From assembly GCA_028534125.1 (NCBI GenBank), contig CM052817.1, positions 91,638,001 through 91,702,000 of the forward strand: a stretch of DNA of 64,000 nt, in the 5' to 3' direction. Under the pieces are notes generated by a model. That model ran no database searches, had not been told where the DNA came from, and saw only the letters and a list, made by a program, of their open reading frames with translations. The DNA comes from Lama glama. Lineage: Eukaryota. Positions 62,837 through 64,000 of this stretch are shown piece after piece. Position numbers and translations under genes: made by a program. How positions within the stretch are numbered: position 1 is the first letter of the stretch; every line of letters begins with the position of its first letter.

Positions 62837-64000
62837 GTAAGAGCCCCAGGCAGCGTGTGTGCTGGGGGTGGGGGCTGGGGGACGGGGAGGGGCGTGGGGA
62901 GGGAGGGTTTGGGGGGTTCATACTCACTTGCTGGTGGCCCGTGGCCTCTGCAGGGCACAGTGTGTTTAGGGTCATCAGCGTCTCCTTCCCTGGGGACGGG
63001 CAGAGCTTTGGAACATTCCAGGAATTAGTTCTCCCAGTGGGGACGCCGTGGGCCTTCCAAGCCCAGGGATTCTGCATCACCTATGATTACAACCCACAGC
63101 CCAGTGCAAGTGAGCATAGAAGTTAGCTAACCTGGGGGAGTTGAGCTATAAATGTTAATTAGGAGTGTTCCAGATGTAATGTATCTGCTTATAAACCGTG
63201 GCTGTGATTTCTTGAATGCAATCTTAATTTTACTTCTTGTTTTATTTATTTTAGTGGAGGCACTGGGGATTGAACCTTGGACCTTTTGCATGCTAAGCAA
63301 AACTGAGCTATACCCCCCCTCCGCACCTTGAGCCCCAACCTTTTAATTAATGTGTGTTTCTAAAATAAGCTGCCTATGGCAGGTATGATTATCAGGTAAA
63401 AAAAAATCTGCAAAAATATGAGCTGCCAATTAAGTAATTAATTCTAAGTTTTAAAGTGCTTTTCCACTAGGATTATTCAATATCCCAATTGCCTGGTTAA
63501 ATAGAGGGCTTCTTCTCCACTGGAGTCACATTTGCTCAATTCATATTATTGTAGGTACATGCTTACTTAAAAAGCAAAATGGGGAAAGGGACTGAGCCCT
63601 GGTGAGCAAGACTTACCAAGGACATGTATTTATTTATTTTCCCCAGTGTGCTTGTACCAGGAAACAGGGTAGAGTGATGAAGGCACATGGTTTAGGATTA
63701 AAGTCCTGCACGCATACTCGATGGCAGATCTGTTAGCCAGTTTGTGAATTTACGAAAATGTTATACTTAAGACACATTTTGTGGTTTGATTCACCAAGGA
63801 GGATGCTTATTGCCAACTGAAGCAGCACCTAGTTTTCTGAAGTGCCGTGTACTGAGCCCCTGGTTCACAGAGACCTACATGTAGGCACTGCCCACCCGAG
63901 TGTGCAGAGAGCACGGGGGCAGGTCCACGGATGCCCCCAGGCTGACACAGCCTCTGCCATCTCTGCAGAGACGCTCTGTTTGCTGGTGGGTGCAGGGGAC
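62837..64000 (+). other. MGST2: MGST2 intron following first coding exon (partial)
   Basis: Begins GTAAGA followed by G-runs. The next expected coding sequence (YFALQV-like) is not seen in the window. Confidence 0.85.
63236..63322 (-). mobile_element. tRNA-derived SINE, internally deleted, in MGST2 intron
   Basis: ggaggcactggggattgaaccttggacc…gcatgctaagca…actgagctataccccc. Confidence 0.8.

Noticed and set aside
62779..63126. 115-aa ORF beginning MAGNSILLAA
   Set aside because: Only the first 58 nt are coding; the rest is read-through into the intron after GTAAGA.
1..64000. Novel multi-gene system, CRISPR-like array, intact provirus or active transposon
   Set aside because: No regular repeat-spacer array, no gag/pol/env and no intact long ORFs; all LTRs are solo and all LINEs truncated.

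Overview
Mammalian, repeat-rich, almost entirely intergenic DNA. It is probably from a camelid, inferred from recurrent tRNA-derived SINEs resembling the camelid Vic-1 family. The only recognisable protein-coding sequence is the first coding exon of MGST2 (microsomal glutathione S-transferase 2) at 62779-62836 (+), with its promoter and the start of intron 1. The remaining ~62 kb is upstream region containing ERV1-type and MER41-like solo LTRs, MER21, MaLR (MLT1), L1 3' fragments, L2, MIR, hAT MITEs, a Charlie transposase fossil and two 100-N assembly gaps. Repeat family names come from recalled consensus similarity and their boundaries are approximate unless target-site duplications (TSDs) are given. 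I found no evidence for a novel multi-gene system. The best leads are: (1) a locally copied ~115-bp segment inserted into an LTR; (2) a MER41-like LTR retaining a STAT GAS site; (3) a nested MER21/LTR with promoter and splice signals; (4) a convergent CTCF pair; (5) a near-consensus DR1, an upstream splice acceptor and an intronic G-run cluster at MGST2.
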